From Chamaesiphon sp. (lineage in GTDB: Bacteria > Cyanobacteriota > Cyanobacteriia > Cyanobacteriales > Chamaesiphonaceae): 64,000 nucleotides of DNA. The translations under genes and the position numbers were made by a program. The stretch spans positions 147,024 to 211,023 of the forward strand of contig CBDFFH010000055.1 of NCBI GenBank assembly GCA_965246715.1, given 5' to 3'. The notes beneath the pieces were generated by a model that did not search any database, had not been told where the DNA came from, and saw only the letters and a program-made list of their open reading frames with translations. This document shows, piece by piece, positions 10,717-21,260 of the stretch (position 1 is the stretch's first letter; each line of letters starts with the position of its first letter).

Positions 10717-12295
10717 ATGATTGGCTGGATTATCTGGGGTTCTGGTGGCAACTCGGTGGATTTAGGGGTGACGGAACACAAGCATTGTGAAATTTGCGAA
10801 CGCGAACGTCCGTTTGCAACAGTATTACAATATCGATATGCACATCTCTATTGGGTATTTTCCTGGATTACTCACATCTTGCACCAGAATATAAGTACTA
10901 GATTTAGATCGAGACTAATTCCAAGGCAAGACCCTGCGAGAGCAGAAAGTCTCGCTTCCGATCGATTTCTACTAAAAGTAAACTCACTGCGATCTGTGGC
11001 ATTAACTGTTGAAGTGCCAGCTCAGATTCCTGTCTCCACTCAGGCGGAAGGCTTACGTTTGAGGATAAATAGACCCAGTGGGTGAGTACAAAACTAATAA
11101 AGCTCAGAAGCAGCCAACGGTATACACCTAAAAGTGTTTGTTGACCGAAGCTAGCCAGCCCAAATCGATATTTAGCAGTCTTGAAAAATCCTTCAATTGC
11201 CCATCGACGACTGCCCCACCAAGCAATCGTACTGCCTTTAAGAGCGCGGGTCGAAATCACAAATCTTTTCTCCAACTTACCATCCCGTTTTAAGTAGAAC
11301 CAGGAAGCCGTAACCACGCCCTCTAAACCTGATAGCTTAACTTGTTGACCCTTCTTGCCTAGCATCTTCATCTGTCTCCCATCTGCCAGTTTCCGGTTAT
11401 TCGGTATACCAACAATTGCTTGATGACGAAGTTTTTTGACCCCGTTGAGGAATTCGACACTACTAAATCCAGTATCGGCCAATACTTGGACTCGAAAGCG
11501 GTAAGTGAGTTTCTTGGGCAAGGTGCGGAGCAATTTTAGCCCCAATTGAGCAGGAGTAGTTGTGCCTTTACCACGCCAGGAACGGAACGCCCAAGGTATT
11601 CTCCACTGTCCAACGACTAAGTACAGTACAACCAAATGCAGTCCTCGCTTACCGTTGAGAATATGTATCAACGTTGCAAATGCTTTGAATTTCCCCCTTT
11701 TCTCCAATGTAGTCAGATCGATAATTACCTGCAAGTAAGGTCTTTGTCCTTTGGCTGTGTAATTACTCAACTGTTTCAAAATATGTTGGCGAGTCGTACG
11801 AATCACGGCTCTGGTTGGCCACCCATATTCATTGAAAAATCTGCTCAAAGCCGCAGGTGATTTAATCACCCCATGTTCTGGTAACATTTGACCATTCTTA
11901 GGTTCCATAAATAGAGCGAAACTAGCTTGGAGACTAAGTTTCTGATAGGGACTGGGCATCAGCTCTAACAACGTGTAGAGTATTAATTGGGCGTACGGGA
12001 GAATGGTATTCACTGTTCTCATCAATGTTTTTACACGCCCTTTTTCTGATATTTTGACTCCTGCGAAAATCAGTTGTTATGTACTGGTGCAAGATGTGAG
12101 ATTACCGAAAAGCACTATTCGTTACTATGTACGATTTGCTCTAGGGGCTGGGAATTAAACGCGATCGAAGTTGAGAAAGCGCTACCAAACCATCCGATTC
12201 CCTTCATGCGACGGTGGGGCTGGGCTTTTTTAGTAGCTCCATTTGCATTTTTCTTGCTGCTTGGATCGATCGGTTCTCTATTTTCGCATCGGTAA
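10717..12295 (+). pseudogene. zinc-ribbon membrane protein gene split by an IS insertion
   Basis: Removing 10871-12100 plus one ATTA restores ...CEIC...WVFSWITEKHYSLLCTIC... in frame; GGAGG upstream of ATG 10717. Confidence 0.9.
10871..12100 (-). mobile_element. 1230-bp IS (IS701/IS4-like DDE), copy 1; transposase 10904..12025
   Basis: 17-bp perfect terminal IR CTCACATCTTGCACCAG; 4-bp target duplication ATTA; IDLTT, LADTGF, RRWAIEGFFK motifs. Confidence 0.95.
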
Positions 12296-12387
12296 TCGTG
12301 CTGATACATGGGAGCTAAAATTGGGGGACTTGCGTCTATAAATCCTAGAGATAATCGCTAAAAATAGATATATTTAGGAGCTAAATC

Positions 12388-12726
12388 ATGATAACTAAAA
12401 CGATTAAAACTTGGATTACTACTGCTAGTATAGCTTTAGCGATCGGGATATTTATTCAGACGCTCCCTACATTAGCAAATACAGAGAGTTTAAGTACAGT
12501 CAAGCCGCCGCTAGTTAGTCTTGAGGGTACGATTCACAAGTTAGCTGTGGAAGGAACTTGCTATCAACTAACTGCTAAGGATGGCAAAAATTACGAGCTG
12601 ATGGGCAAGTTTCCCAAGCGCGATGGCGTAAAAGTTCAAGTAAGTGGAGTTGTCGCAACGGATGTTGCTACCATCTGTCAAGTCGGACAGCCATTTAAAG
12701 TCCGATCCGTCCGAGTTCTCCGATAA
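12388..12726 (+). CDS. small secreted protein (DUF5818-like)
   Basis: Signal-peptide-like N-terminus; VEGTCYQL...ATICQVG; AGGAG RBS. Confidence 0.7.
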   Translation: MITKTIKTWITTASIALAIGIFIQTLPTLANTESLSTVKPPLVSLEGTIHKLAVEGTCYQLTAKDGKNYELMGKFPKRDGVKVQVSGVVATDVATICQVGQPFKVRSVRVLR

Positions 12727-12853
12727 ATTAGCAGTTCACGGCGCTAACGGGAAAGAGAAGGTGGAATTGCCCCCGCACGAGCAGCCGAGATCGCGGAGGA
12801 GATCTATTTTCGATTAATTAATGTCGATGATGAAGTAACTAACCGCGAACAAC

Positions 12854-14035
12854 TTACGGAACACGCCACAATTTGATTGTGCCATCTAGACTTGCGCTAG
12901 CTAGTGTAGTGGAATGAAGATCGAACTCAATACTAGGCACCAAACTTGCGTGGTTTTCTAGAGATCGAGTCAATTTTCCTGTAGCTACATCCCACAGTTT
13001 AATGCTACGATCGACTCCACTGCTGGCGATCGTCTTACCATCCGCACTAAATTTGACAGAATAAACCGCTCCAGTATGTCCTTTGAGCGTATTTTTCATT
13101 TCTCCCGTTGACAAATTCCAGAGATTTATAGTTTCGCCGCCGCTAGCTAGCGTCTGTCCATCGGGTGAGACAGAAATCGTCATCACTGGAGCCGTATGCC
13201 CTAAAATCGATCGGACGATTACTCCCGTCTGCACATTCCAAACCTTAATACTCTTGTCCTCACTGGCACTAATGAGATTCTGCCCATCAGGGGTAAATGC
13301 CACGGAATAGACGAAGTTTTGATGCCCTGTCAGAGTCTGCTTGAGATCGCCACTCTGGACATCCCACACCTTGATAGTTTTATCGAAACTTGCCGTCACG
13401 AGTGTTTGTCCATCTGGTGAAAATGTTACGCCATAAACGGTTTTTGCATGTTCTTTGAGCGTGACTCGTCGCTCCCCCAATTTTGCGCCCCAGAGCTTAA
13501 CAGTGCCATCATCGCTAGCGGTGGCGAGGGTTTTGCTATCGGGACTAAAAGCGATCGCATAAATCAAGCTGTCATGTGCTGAAAACTCTCTAATAATCGT
13601 CCGATCTTTAGCATCCCATATTTTAATTCCACCTGCTGCTGTACTAGCCGCCAGAATCTCACCATCTGGGCTATAGGTAACAGCGTAGACTGATTTCATA
13701 AATCGACTTAGGGTGTGTTCTGGTGTCGTCACAACCTGAGCTGGAACTTGAGCTGGAGCTGGTGTGGGAACGGAGCTTCCAAATTGGGGTTCGACTGGTT
13801 GATATTCTAATGATAAAGATTTTAGATAGGATTGATATGGCGCGAATTTTTGTTTTTGGGAAACTCGATGCATCGAGAGCGGATATGTAATCACAATTAG
13901 CGTAAATACACCAATTAATCCCAGTATATATTTATGTAGTTCTCGGATAGAGATTCGTACAGGCTTACTGATGGTATCTGCTAAATCGATCGATTCGGCC
14001 AAATCACCACTAAATTCTTGATGTAGGTCATTCAT
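12854..14035 (-). CDS. membrane-anchored WD40-repeat protein
   Basis: About seven GH...FSPDG..LAS.S.D.TIKLWD repeats after an N-terminal TM segment. Confidence 0.92.
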   Translation of the reverse strand: MNDLHQEFSGDLAESIDLADTISKPVRISIRELHKYILGLIGVFTLIVITYPLSMHRVSQKQKFAPYQSYLKSLSLEYQPVEPQFGSSVPTPAPAQVPAQVVTTPEHTLSRFMKSVYAVTYSPDGEILAASTAAGGIKIWDAKDRTIIREFSAHDSLIYAIAFSPDSKTLATASDDGTVKLWGAKLGERRVTLKEHAKTVYGVTFSPDGQTLVTASFDKTIKVWDVQSGDLKQTLTGHQNFVYSVAFTPDGQNLISASEDKSIKVWNVQTGVIVRSILGHTAPVMTISVSPDGQTLASGGETINLWNLSTGEMKNTLKGHTGAVYSVKFSADGKTIASSGVDRSIKLWDVATGKLTRSLENHASLVPSIEFDLHSTTLASASLDGTIKLWRVP

Positions 14036-14145
14036 AATTAACTTCTCTAGGATATTTGCAGCATATGAGGGTATCTACTAATCAGCATCCCTACATATTA
14101 ATTATGTAAGAATGCCTATATAGTTAGGATCTAAGACCGACTATT

Positions 14146-14400
14146 CTATTTGGGTTCAACAGGTTTATATTCGAGCGTTAAAGATTTTAGATAGGATTGA
14201 TATGGTACAAATTTTTGTTTCTGGGTAACTCGATTCATTGCGATCGGATATGTAATTACCATTAGCATGAATATACCGACTAAACCCAATACATACTTAT
14301 GCAGTTTTTGGGCAGAAATCCGCATGGGGTTACTGATGGTATTTACAGAATCGATCGATTCGGATAGATTGTCGCTAAATTCTTGAGGTAGATCGTTCAT
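14146..14400 (-). CDS. 84-aa single-TM protein, paralog of the WD40 protein N-terminus
   Basis: Colinear with residues 1-84 of 12854..14035; 59/84 identical by manual count. Confidence 0.8.
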   Translation of the reverse strand: MNDLPQEFSDNLSESIDSVNTISNPMRISAQKLHKYVLGLVGIFMLMVITYPIAMNRVTQKQKFVPYQSYLKSLTLEYKPVEPK

Positions 14401-14443
14401 AATTAACTCGTGTAGATGACATCAAACATTGGAAATATTCAAA

Positions 14444-14914
14444 CTATACCAACGGCAAATAAGGGAACATCGGATGCCAACTCATCGCCGCCGCTGCTGC
14501 AAGTAGCCCAAATGCCCACATAAAAATAGTGCTGGTTTTAACTTGTTTATTTTTGAGTAAATTGTGGAGGATAATCCAACTGGCAAGCCACCCAACTAGG
14601 AGCATGGTTTCTTTCCCCGTATAGCTACCAATATTTCCCCATAATTTATCACCAGTATCGCTACCAGGAATCCATTTTCCCAGTCCCCAAATAAATTTTT
14701 CTCTTTCTTTGGACGTATCAGCAAGATGGTGAGTCACCATCATGGTGAAACAACCAATTCCTGCACTAATTAAAGCCGCTGCTGCTGAGCCGGATGTTGC
14801 AGGTGGTCGATTAGAACCTCTGGCTAAACCTGCGGGAAATCGCTTCAATGTTGCCCATACTTTCCCATAGATAGGTGTATTTTGTGGCAGTTGTTTCGAT
14901 CGAGTATCGGTCAT
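14444..14914 (-). CDS. membrane protein of unknown function
   Basis: About three hydrophobic helices; co-oriented in an operon-like run. Confidence 0.75.
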   Translation of the reverse strand: MTDTRSKQLPQNTPIYGKVWATLKRFPAGLARGSNRPPATSGSAAAALISAGIGCFTMMVTHHLADTSKEREKFIWGLGKWIPGSDTGDKLWGNIGSYTGKETMLLVGWLASWIILHNLLKNKQVKTSTIFMWAFGLLAAAAAMSWHPMFPYLPLV

Positions 14915-14948
14915 AATTTAGTTACCTGATAAATATAGCGATAAGTTA

Positions 14949-15575
14949 TTAGAGAGCATGAATTTTGGCGATACCTAATCCAGTGACTAAGCCACCCATT
15001 GCAAAGAACATCAGTCCCATCAGTGCAACGCAAGTAGCTGAGAGAACAACGCGATATTTTTTTTCTAAAATTGCATCGCCATAAGACCACAAAATCCAAG
15101 CACAAGCTACACCAATTGGCAGCGTAAATAAGACGCTAAATTCGTGATATTCCATCAAGATGTATTGTGTTAGCGGGCTATTTTCTTTGAGCCAAGCTCT
15201 CGCACCACCAAATTCGGCATCAGCACGATAGCGCATGTACGCCCAGTTACCCGTAGCAATCGCCAAAAATGCGATCAAAGTTGCCCAGAATGTCAACGTC
15301 CGTACTTGCGGTAAAATCTTCGCCGAGCCGCGTAGGAGGGGAAAGGCTAAATGTCCGGTATAGACCGACACAACAGTTGCTAGCAGGGCACCAAAGCCGT
15401 GAATAGCACCGATCGATCGTTGCCAGGGGCTAGGATGTAAGAGATTGAAAAACGGCAAGAATAAAAATATGCCTGCGGAGAGAATACTCAATCCATAGAT
15501 ACAGACTTGAGCCAAGTCTAATTGCTTGGGAAATTCTCGATCTATTGATGTATCTTCAACTGATTCTACTGTCAT
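14949..15575 (-). CDS. multi-pass membrane protein of unknown function
   Basis: About five hydrophobic helices; likely start ATG 15575 within ORF 14949..15656. Confidence 0.75.
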   Translation of the reverse strand: MTVESVEDTSIDREFPKQLDLAQVCIYGLSILSAGIFLFLPFFNLLHPSPWQRSIGAIHGFGALLATVVSVYTGHLAFPLLRGSAKILPQVRTLTFWATLIAFLAIATGNWAYMRYRADAEFGGARAWLKENSPLTQYILMEYHEFSVLFTLPIGVACAWILWSYGDAILEKKYRVVLSATCVALMGLMFFAMGGLVTGLGIAKIHAL

Positions 15576-15742
15576 AATTGAGAGTTTAAATTTGAGTAAA
15601 TTTGCTGAAAATAGCAGCTTTAAATTTCGACACTTATCTATTTTACTGCTAGCCAATCTGCTCTCAAATACTAGGGTACTTGAGAGCTAACCACATTCAT
15701 TTGGGGTATCTCTAAGCGATGAAGCATATTTATTGCCATAAC

Positions 15743-16792
15743 TTATAAACCTACAAACATCAATAAAAAAAGTAAAAAAGATCCGATTTTTTGACTTGAC
15801 CAAAAGTCGCGAGATTTGTAAATAAGTTGGGTGGGACTATCTTTGGGGAAAAAGAAACTAGATGAAGGAGCTAGATCTTGTGGATCTTTAAAATCATAAT
15901 TTGATTTAGGTGTGTCCTTGGGGAAAAAGAAGGAAGAAGTCGGCTTGACTAATTCCGAGCTTTCTGGCTTTGCATCCATTCGCCCGACCGGTTCCAATAG
16001 CTCTGCTTCAAGTTCATGTTCCGCTGGATCTGGTGCGGGAATCGCTGCTGAAATATCTACACCATCTTCGATCTCAAATAATCCCAATCGAGTGGAGATC
16101 TGTTTTTGTACCCATATTTCAAATAGTTCATCGATTAGTATTTGATGTAAACTATCATTTAAATCGGCAAGAATATAACGATCTAATCTCACAAATGTGT
16201 ATAAATTACTCAAGCTAAAAATCGGTGATATTTCACCCTCTTGGAGAGTGCGTAGCTGAGGTACGATCTCTGGATAAATTCGATCGATATCGATCGCGAC
16301 AACTCTGCCACCATCCTTAGCTGAATCGCCCTGGGAATACCTAAATGCTAAGTCCGAAAAAGATTGTTCGCCCCGTTGGACTCTAAAAAATAGTTCTTCA
16401 GCTAAGCCGCGATCGGCCACTTGCATCAGTGAAAATTCTAATCGATCGAAGCTATTTTTACGCTTTAAATAATAACTATATACTCGATTGCCCCACCGAG
16501 ATTGTTTGAATTTTTGTAGTCTTAAATGGCGATCGACAATCTTATAAAGTTGGAGTTGATTTAGCCCTTGATAGCCTGCTAACTTGCTAATTCGATCGCA
16601 TCCTTCGGCAAATTCTTCCCGATTGTAAGGAATTTTGCCATCGATCTCGATGTCCCACTCTGCCAAAATTTCATCGATCATCATCTCCCTCAGCAAGGAA
16701 GGGAGCAAATCGGAACTACTTAATTGTTCACAAATTGCATCTGTAGTAAATGTACGTTTTCCGACCTGAATCGTTGAGGACATGGCTGACAA
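15743..16792 (-). CDS. PpiC/parvulin-type peptidylprolyl isomerase-like protein
   Basis: AEELFFRVQRGEQSFSDLAFRYSQG..GG; resembles cyanobacterial T1SS-associated PPIases. Confidence 0.8.
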   Translation of the reverse strand: MSAMSSTIQVGKRTFTTDAICEQLSSSDLLPSLLREMMIDEILAEWDIEIDGKIPYNREEFAEGCDRISKLAGYQGLNQLQLYKIVDRHLRLQKFKQSRWGNRVYSYYLKRKNSFDRLEFSLMQVADRGLAEELFFRVQRGEQSFSDLAFRYSQGDSAKDGGRVVAIDIDRIYPEIVPQLRTLQEGEISPIFSLSNLYTFVRLDRYILADLNDSLHQILIDELFEIWVQKQISTRLGLFEIEDGVDISAAIPAPDPAEHELEAELLEPVGRMDAKPESSELVKPTSSFFFPKDTPKSNYDFKDPQDLAPSSSFFFPKDSPTQLIYKSRDFWSSQKIGSFLLFLLMFVGL

Positions 16793-16924
16793 ATTCGAGT
16801 GTTATAGATCTTAAAACTGGTGATGTGCCAGATTTTGATGATTGTTCGATCGTATTGACTTAGGCCAGGATATTTACCCACCCCACCCCCCGACAAAGAA
16901 CTGGGAAAATCCCCTCCCAGGAGG

Positions 16925-17098
16925 CTACGGTGGATACACAAGTCGGCTAGACTTCGTTGTGAGATCTGAATCCCCCTAAATCCCCCTAAAAAAGGGGGAC
17001 TTTGAATTCTAGAATTCGATCTTAGCCCCCTTTTTAAGGGGGTTTGGGGGATTAAAAATCCATGCATCAACTCAAACGGACTTGTGTATACACCGGAA
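16925..17098. mobile_element. 174-bp MITE
   Basis: Terminal IRs CTACGGTGGATACACAAGTC / GACTTGTGTATACACCGGAA; 9-bp flanking direct repeat CCCAGGAGG; internal C/G-run hairpins. Confidence 0.8.
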
Positions 17099-17163
17099 CC
17101 CAGGAGGGGTGCCTGCAAGGCAGCACATTTATAGTGCGGGTGGGTAGATCTACGCAGCAACAA

Positions 17164-19194
17164 TTATGCAGGCAGACCAACATTTACAACTGGTTGAGTA
17201 TTTGTCAATAGAGGATTGACAGTTTCGAGTAGGTTGACACCGACCAGAGTAGAGCCGCCAATACCACTTGTGGCTACCACTGGAGTAATAGTATTCGTGT
17301 CAGTTGCATTGACAACACTATTACCGGATGAAACGGTAGTCCCAACCTTGGCGATCTCTTGAGCAACAGCAGTAGTTGCAGTTTTTGCCAACGGGCTGGT
17401 AGTCGCACCAGTCACAACCTTGTTAGCCAGCCCTTTCAACTCATAAGAGCGAGTTCCGACGGTATCTTTGCCTGTCACAGCATCTTTGTAGATGAAAGTT
17501 CCAGTTGCGGCAATATCCCCAAAGTTATTGATGCTCACAGCACTAGTCAAGACAACTTTCGCACCGTTATAGGTAAGAGGTTTAGTGACTAGACTATTTA
17601 AGTCAGTCATTTTTCTTTCACTCCAGATAAAAGCATGGTTTTCTAGTGTTTTGCCATCAGCCCCCCCTAAGACTGTGGTTTGGGATGAACCGACTACTGT
17701 GCCAAAGGAGTCGATCCCATTGACTGAGCCTGTTTTACCACCCAAACTACCCAAGTCGGTAAGTTTACCGTCGCGGAGGATGAATGGGTTAGTAGCTGCT
17801 GCGGTGCCAGTCAGCCCATTACTTTTCGCACCGATAATCTGACCTGCATCATTGATATCGCGTAAGCTAGCTTGTGCCGCACCAAAAGTACCAAGATTTT
17901 TGAGTTGGTAAGCACCCTTAGCATCTTTCTCCCAGATAACGGCTGTGTTCGTAAATGTCTCGTCGAGCTTGCCATCGCTATCGAGAGTTCCGACAATTTG
18001 CCCTTTATTGTTGATTCCTTGCGCAGTACCACCATCGCCACCTAAATCTGCGAGGTCGGTAACCTTACCATTTTCAAACACAAGGGGATTCTCAAATCCG
18101 TTAGAGAGGATATTGCGACCAGCAATTTGATTGCTATTGTTGGCATCAAAGAAGTAGCTCTCCAGACCACCAAAATCATTAATTGTCAGTTTGTATTTAG
18201 CCCCATCTGGTTCCCACGCCAGTGCCCGATCTGTTGCGACCGGGATCGGTTGACGGACTTCATCAACAGTACCGATGACTACTCCCCGATTGTTGATATT
18301 TCTGACATTAGGTACCAGTATATTCACTGTGGAGCCATTAGCTGCCCCAAAGTCAGATTCACCTTTTTTCACACCAACGTTGGTCAGTGCTGTCAGCTTG
18401 CCTTTTTCCCAAACAAATCCTTGACGGGTAATGTTGCTTTGGAGAACGCTAGTAGTGGCATTCTCGTTGAGAAAGGTAAAAGCAGTATCATAACGTCCAG
18501 CAATTTGCCCAAAGTCATTGATTCCGGCAGCAATAACGTTAGCATTTGGATTCGTAGTATTGAACGAACCTAATTCTGTCGCTTCATAGCTATAGAGTGG
18601 CGAACTATCGAGGAGTGCGGCGGAACCACCTGCGGCACCTTTGAGTGTGGCAACGAGAGTTTTACCATCCATTACCAGTGTGTCCGATCCTTTAGTGGTA
18701 AAGGTCAAAGACTTACCCAGTAAGCTTTCGCCTAGACGTAGCTTATCTTTAGCGAGATCGAATCCGGTAATAGTGACACTACCTTTACCGCCTTCAAGTA
18801 CGATCTTGTTGTTGCCACCACCCAGGCTGATTTTATCGTTACCAGTACCAGCATTGATAATGCTGTTGCCAAATAGGGCGGTAATATCATCGTTACCTGC
18901 ACCGCTATAGACTACGTTGTCGCCAGCACCAACGGCAATGTTGTCATTACCTTTGCCTGCTAAGATGCGATTTTTACCACTACCTGCATTAATCCGGTTC
19001 TTGCCATCGCCAGCATCAATGAAATCATTGTCATCACCAGTCGCAATGACATCATCCTCTTTGCCAGTCCGAATTAGGTTAATGCCACTACCGCCGTTGA
19101 TATTGTTCTTATAATCACCACCCTCAATGATATCGTTATCCGCTCCAGTGGTAGTTGGTGTGCCGTTTTTGGAGATCGTGTATGTTGCTGCCAT
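17164..19194 (-). CDS. RTX-type Ca-binding repeat plus HAF-repeat (DUF3466-like) extracellular protein
   Basis: N-terminal xGxGND nonapeptides; repeated INDxGQIxG, DLGSLGG and HAFIW units. Confidence 0.8.
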   Translation of the reverse strand: MAATYTISKNGTPTTTGADNDIIEGGDYKNNINGGSGINLIRTGKEDDVIATGDDNDFIDAGDGKNRINAGSGKNRILAGKGNDNIAVGAGDNVVYSGAGNDDITALFGNSIINAGTGNDKISLGGGNNKIVLEGGKGSVTITGFDLAKDKLRLGESLLGKSLTFTTKGSDTLVMDGKTLVATLKGAAGGSAALLDSSPLYSYEATELGSFNTTNPNANVIAAGINDFGQIAGRYDTAFTFLNENATTSVLQSNITRQGFVWEKGKLTALTNVGVKKGESDFGAANGSTVNILVPNVRNINNRGVVIGTVDEVRQPIPVATDRALAWEPDGAKYKLTINDFGGLESYFFDANNSNQIAGRNILSNGFENPLVFENGKVTDLADLGGDGGTAQGINNKGQIVGTLDSDGKLDETFTNTAVIWEKDAKGAYQLKNLGTFGAAQASLRDINDAGQIIGAKSNGLTGTAAATNPFILRDGKLTDLGSLGGKTGSVNGIDSFGTVVGSSQTTVLGGADGKTLENHAFIWSERKMTDLNSLVTKPLTYNGAKVVLTSAVSINNFGDIAATGTFIYKDAVTGKDTVGTRSYELKGLANKVVTGATTSPLAKTATTAVAQEIAKVGTTVSSGNSVVNATDTNTITPVVATSGIGGSTLVGVNLLETVNPLLTNTQPVVNVGLPA

Positions 19195-19443
19195 AATGGT
19201 CTGGTTAAATTGTGAGGATAGTTGTGAATGACTGGATTAGCCTTACCCAAGCGATTTTTCGCAGGAAAGGCTACGCCACCGATTACAATCTAGGTAGTTA
19301 TTTATTTTGCTGCTGACCGATCCCTTAACACCTCGTAACTAGAGTTATCGGGATAGTTAAGTCGATCGGCTAGCTTTTTTGTTACTCTGCAATGCTCTCG
19401 GAGATACTACTCAATCATCGATCGAGATAACTAAATCTAGCTT

Positions 19444-19462
19444 ATTGCAAATCAATCTCATT
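19444..19462. promoter_or_regulatory. putative Fur box
   Basis: ATTGCAAATCAATCTCATT resembles the ATTGAGAAT-N-ATTCTCAAT iron box; about 250 bp upstream of 19194. Confidence 0.5.
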
Positions 19463-19670
19463 TAATATAGCATCTATGTGAAATTGTCGATCGACAAGTT
19501 TAATGATAATTTCTGAAATAAAGTAACCCAATACATCAGGAAAGTTAAACTTAACACCCAGATCGATGATTGACTGTATAAATACTTAGATTTAATTGAC
19601 AATTAGATCGATCCGTATCAGCAATTATGCGTAAATTGCGAGCATTGCGATGACAATCTGCAATATTATC

Positions 19671-19892
19671 CTAGAGCGTGTCATCAATTAGGTAAAATTA
19701 GATAAAGGGAAAAATTATCAAGATGATGACAATGAGACGATACAGGTTCAGGGTACCCAAACAAGATTGATTGAAAACTTGGTTAGAACTACCAAATGGA
19801 ATTCCATCCCCAGATACCTTCAGCCGCGTATTCGCCAGAATCAACCCAACCGAATTGCAAAAGTGCTTTCTAGGATGGATGGCAGTGATTGG
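19671..19892 (+). pseudogene. fused transposase remnants (IS5-like left end plus ISAs1-like fragment)
   Basis: TAGAGCGTGTCATCAATT followed by MTMRRY; then LKTWLELPNGIPSPDTFSRVFARINP, typical of ISAs1 transposases. Confidence 0.6.
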
Positions 19893-20084
19893 CACGAACG
19901 TTTGACGATCTACCAATCACTGCCATCCACCACATCTCTAGCGATCGTCGTTCGACGACGCGCAAGCTTTGAGAACATTCGTACTTTAATTGGGATTTCT
20001 GGTATTGATAGCCAGTAACAACACACCTGAGTGATTTTCCCCACAGCTTGCTCTTTTACGTTTTTGACTATCCATTCACTGTGG

Positions 20085-20555
20085 TTACGATCCGGCAGAT
20101 ATTTGTTTTAACTGAGTTAAGACAATTTCAGCATGATTTTTAACTTTGACATTCGACCAGATCTGACTAATTTTTCCAGTCGGATCGATGAGAAAAGTCG
20201 ATCGAATGATACCCATATATTCTTTACCCATAAACTTCTTTAACTGCCATACCTCATATCGATCGGCAATTTGATGTTCGTGGTCGCTCAATAAGATAAT
20301 TTCTAGATTATGTTTAGTAATAAATTTTTCATGAGAAGCGATCGAATCTGGACTGATGCCAACGATTTCAGTATTTAATGAGTGAAACTCGGCTAATTTA
20401 CTATTAAAATCGATCGCTTGGGTCGTGCAGCCGGGAGTATTATCTTTCGGATAAAAGTATAGGAGTAGCCACCGATCTTTAAAGTCTTGCAGACTAACAG
20501 TTGTGCCAGTCCGATTTGGAGCGGTAAATTCAGGAGCAGCTTGTCCGACATTCAT
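20085..20555 (-). CDS. bcp: peroxiredoxin Q / BCP
   Basis: YFYPKDNTPGCT, GISPD, RSTFLID. Confidence 0.93.
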   Translation of the reverse strand: MNVGQAAPEFTAPNRTGTTVSLQDFKDRWLLLYFYPKDNTPGCTTQAIDFNSKLAEFHSLNTEIVGISPDSIASHEKFITKHNLEIILLSDHEHQIADRYEVWQLKKFMGKEYMGIIRSTFLIDPTGKISQIWSNVKVKNHAEIVLTQLKQISAGS

Positions 20556-20603
20556 CTGAATCTGTAGTTTTAGAACTCAGCAATTATAACTTATCGATCG
20601 AGT

Positions 20604-21260
20604 CTAAAATCCAGTATTTGCCGTGCTCGGATTGGTAGCTGGAGATTTTTTAGCCGCACCAGCAAAAACTTGCTGCTCCCACTCACCCAGGTTTTTATTT
20701 ACTTGGGGCTTACGGCTGGCACTTTCATTGAGCGAACTGTTACCATCTCGAGCGAAACTGAAAATTTGTTGAATAATGGCCTCCGGATTGCTGGCATTTT
20801 CCGGCTTGAGCGTAAATAATAGATTTTTGCTACTGCAAGTTTTGTCGTTAGCTGGCAGGGCACAAATAACCGATTGACTGTTGAGTTTACCACTTGCTAG
20901 TTGAATATCTTTGAACGTACCACCATTGAGATTTGCGGCTTTTTGGAGGCGGGCGGAGACGATTTGGCAGCGCTTTGCTGGTGTATATTCTTTACCAAAG
21001 CCACCATAACTCCAAGTTAACATTACTGCCTCGCGATCGCCTTTTTGAACGATCGTTTTCAGACCTTGACAGCTTACTTTAAGTCCCGATGTCACTGATG
21101 GCGGTGTCGGCTCTTGCTGGATATCGGGCTGAGAATTGCCAGCAGGCTGCTTGCCATCGACTACCAAAGGTATCTGGGCTTGGGCTAATTGGGAGATCGA
21201 GATTGTCAGCGCAGTGACAATGCCAGCCAATAAAATATCGAGCGCGGTTATAGATTTCAT
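20604..21260 (-). CDS. COP23 domain protein
   Basis: Signal peptide; YTPAKRCQIVSARLQ...VICA...C...LLFTL. Confidence 0.8.
   Translation of the reverse strand: MKSITALDILLAGIVTALTISISQLAQAQIPLVVDGKQPAGNSQPDIQQEPTPPSVTSGLKVSCQGLKTIVQKGDREAVMLTWSYGGFGKEYTPAKRCQIVSARLQKAANLNGGTFKDIQLASGKLNSQSVICALPANDKTCSSKNLLFTLKPENASNPEAIIQQIFSFARDGNSSLNESASRKPQVNKNLGEWEQQVFAGAAKKSPATNPSTANTGF

Noticed and set aside
10699..12295. 128-aa and 73-aa ORFs as separate genes
   Set aside because: They are halves of one interrupted gene reading into or out of the IS
15673..15745. Possible premature stop in the PPIase-like gene
   Set aside because: The frame continues about 23 codons past the TAA, but without homologs this cannot be told from chance
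16720..17163. 147-aa ORF
   Set aside because: Reads through the MITE and palindromic repeats
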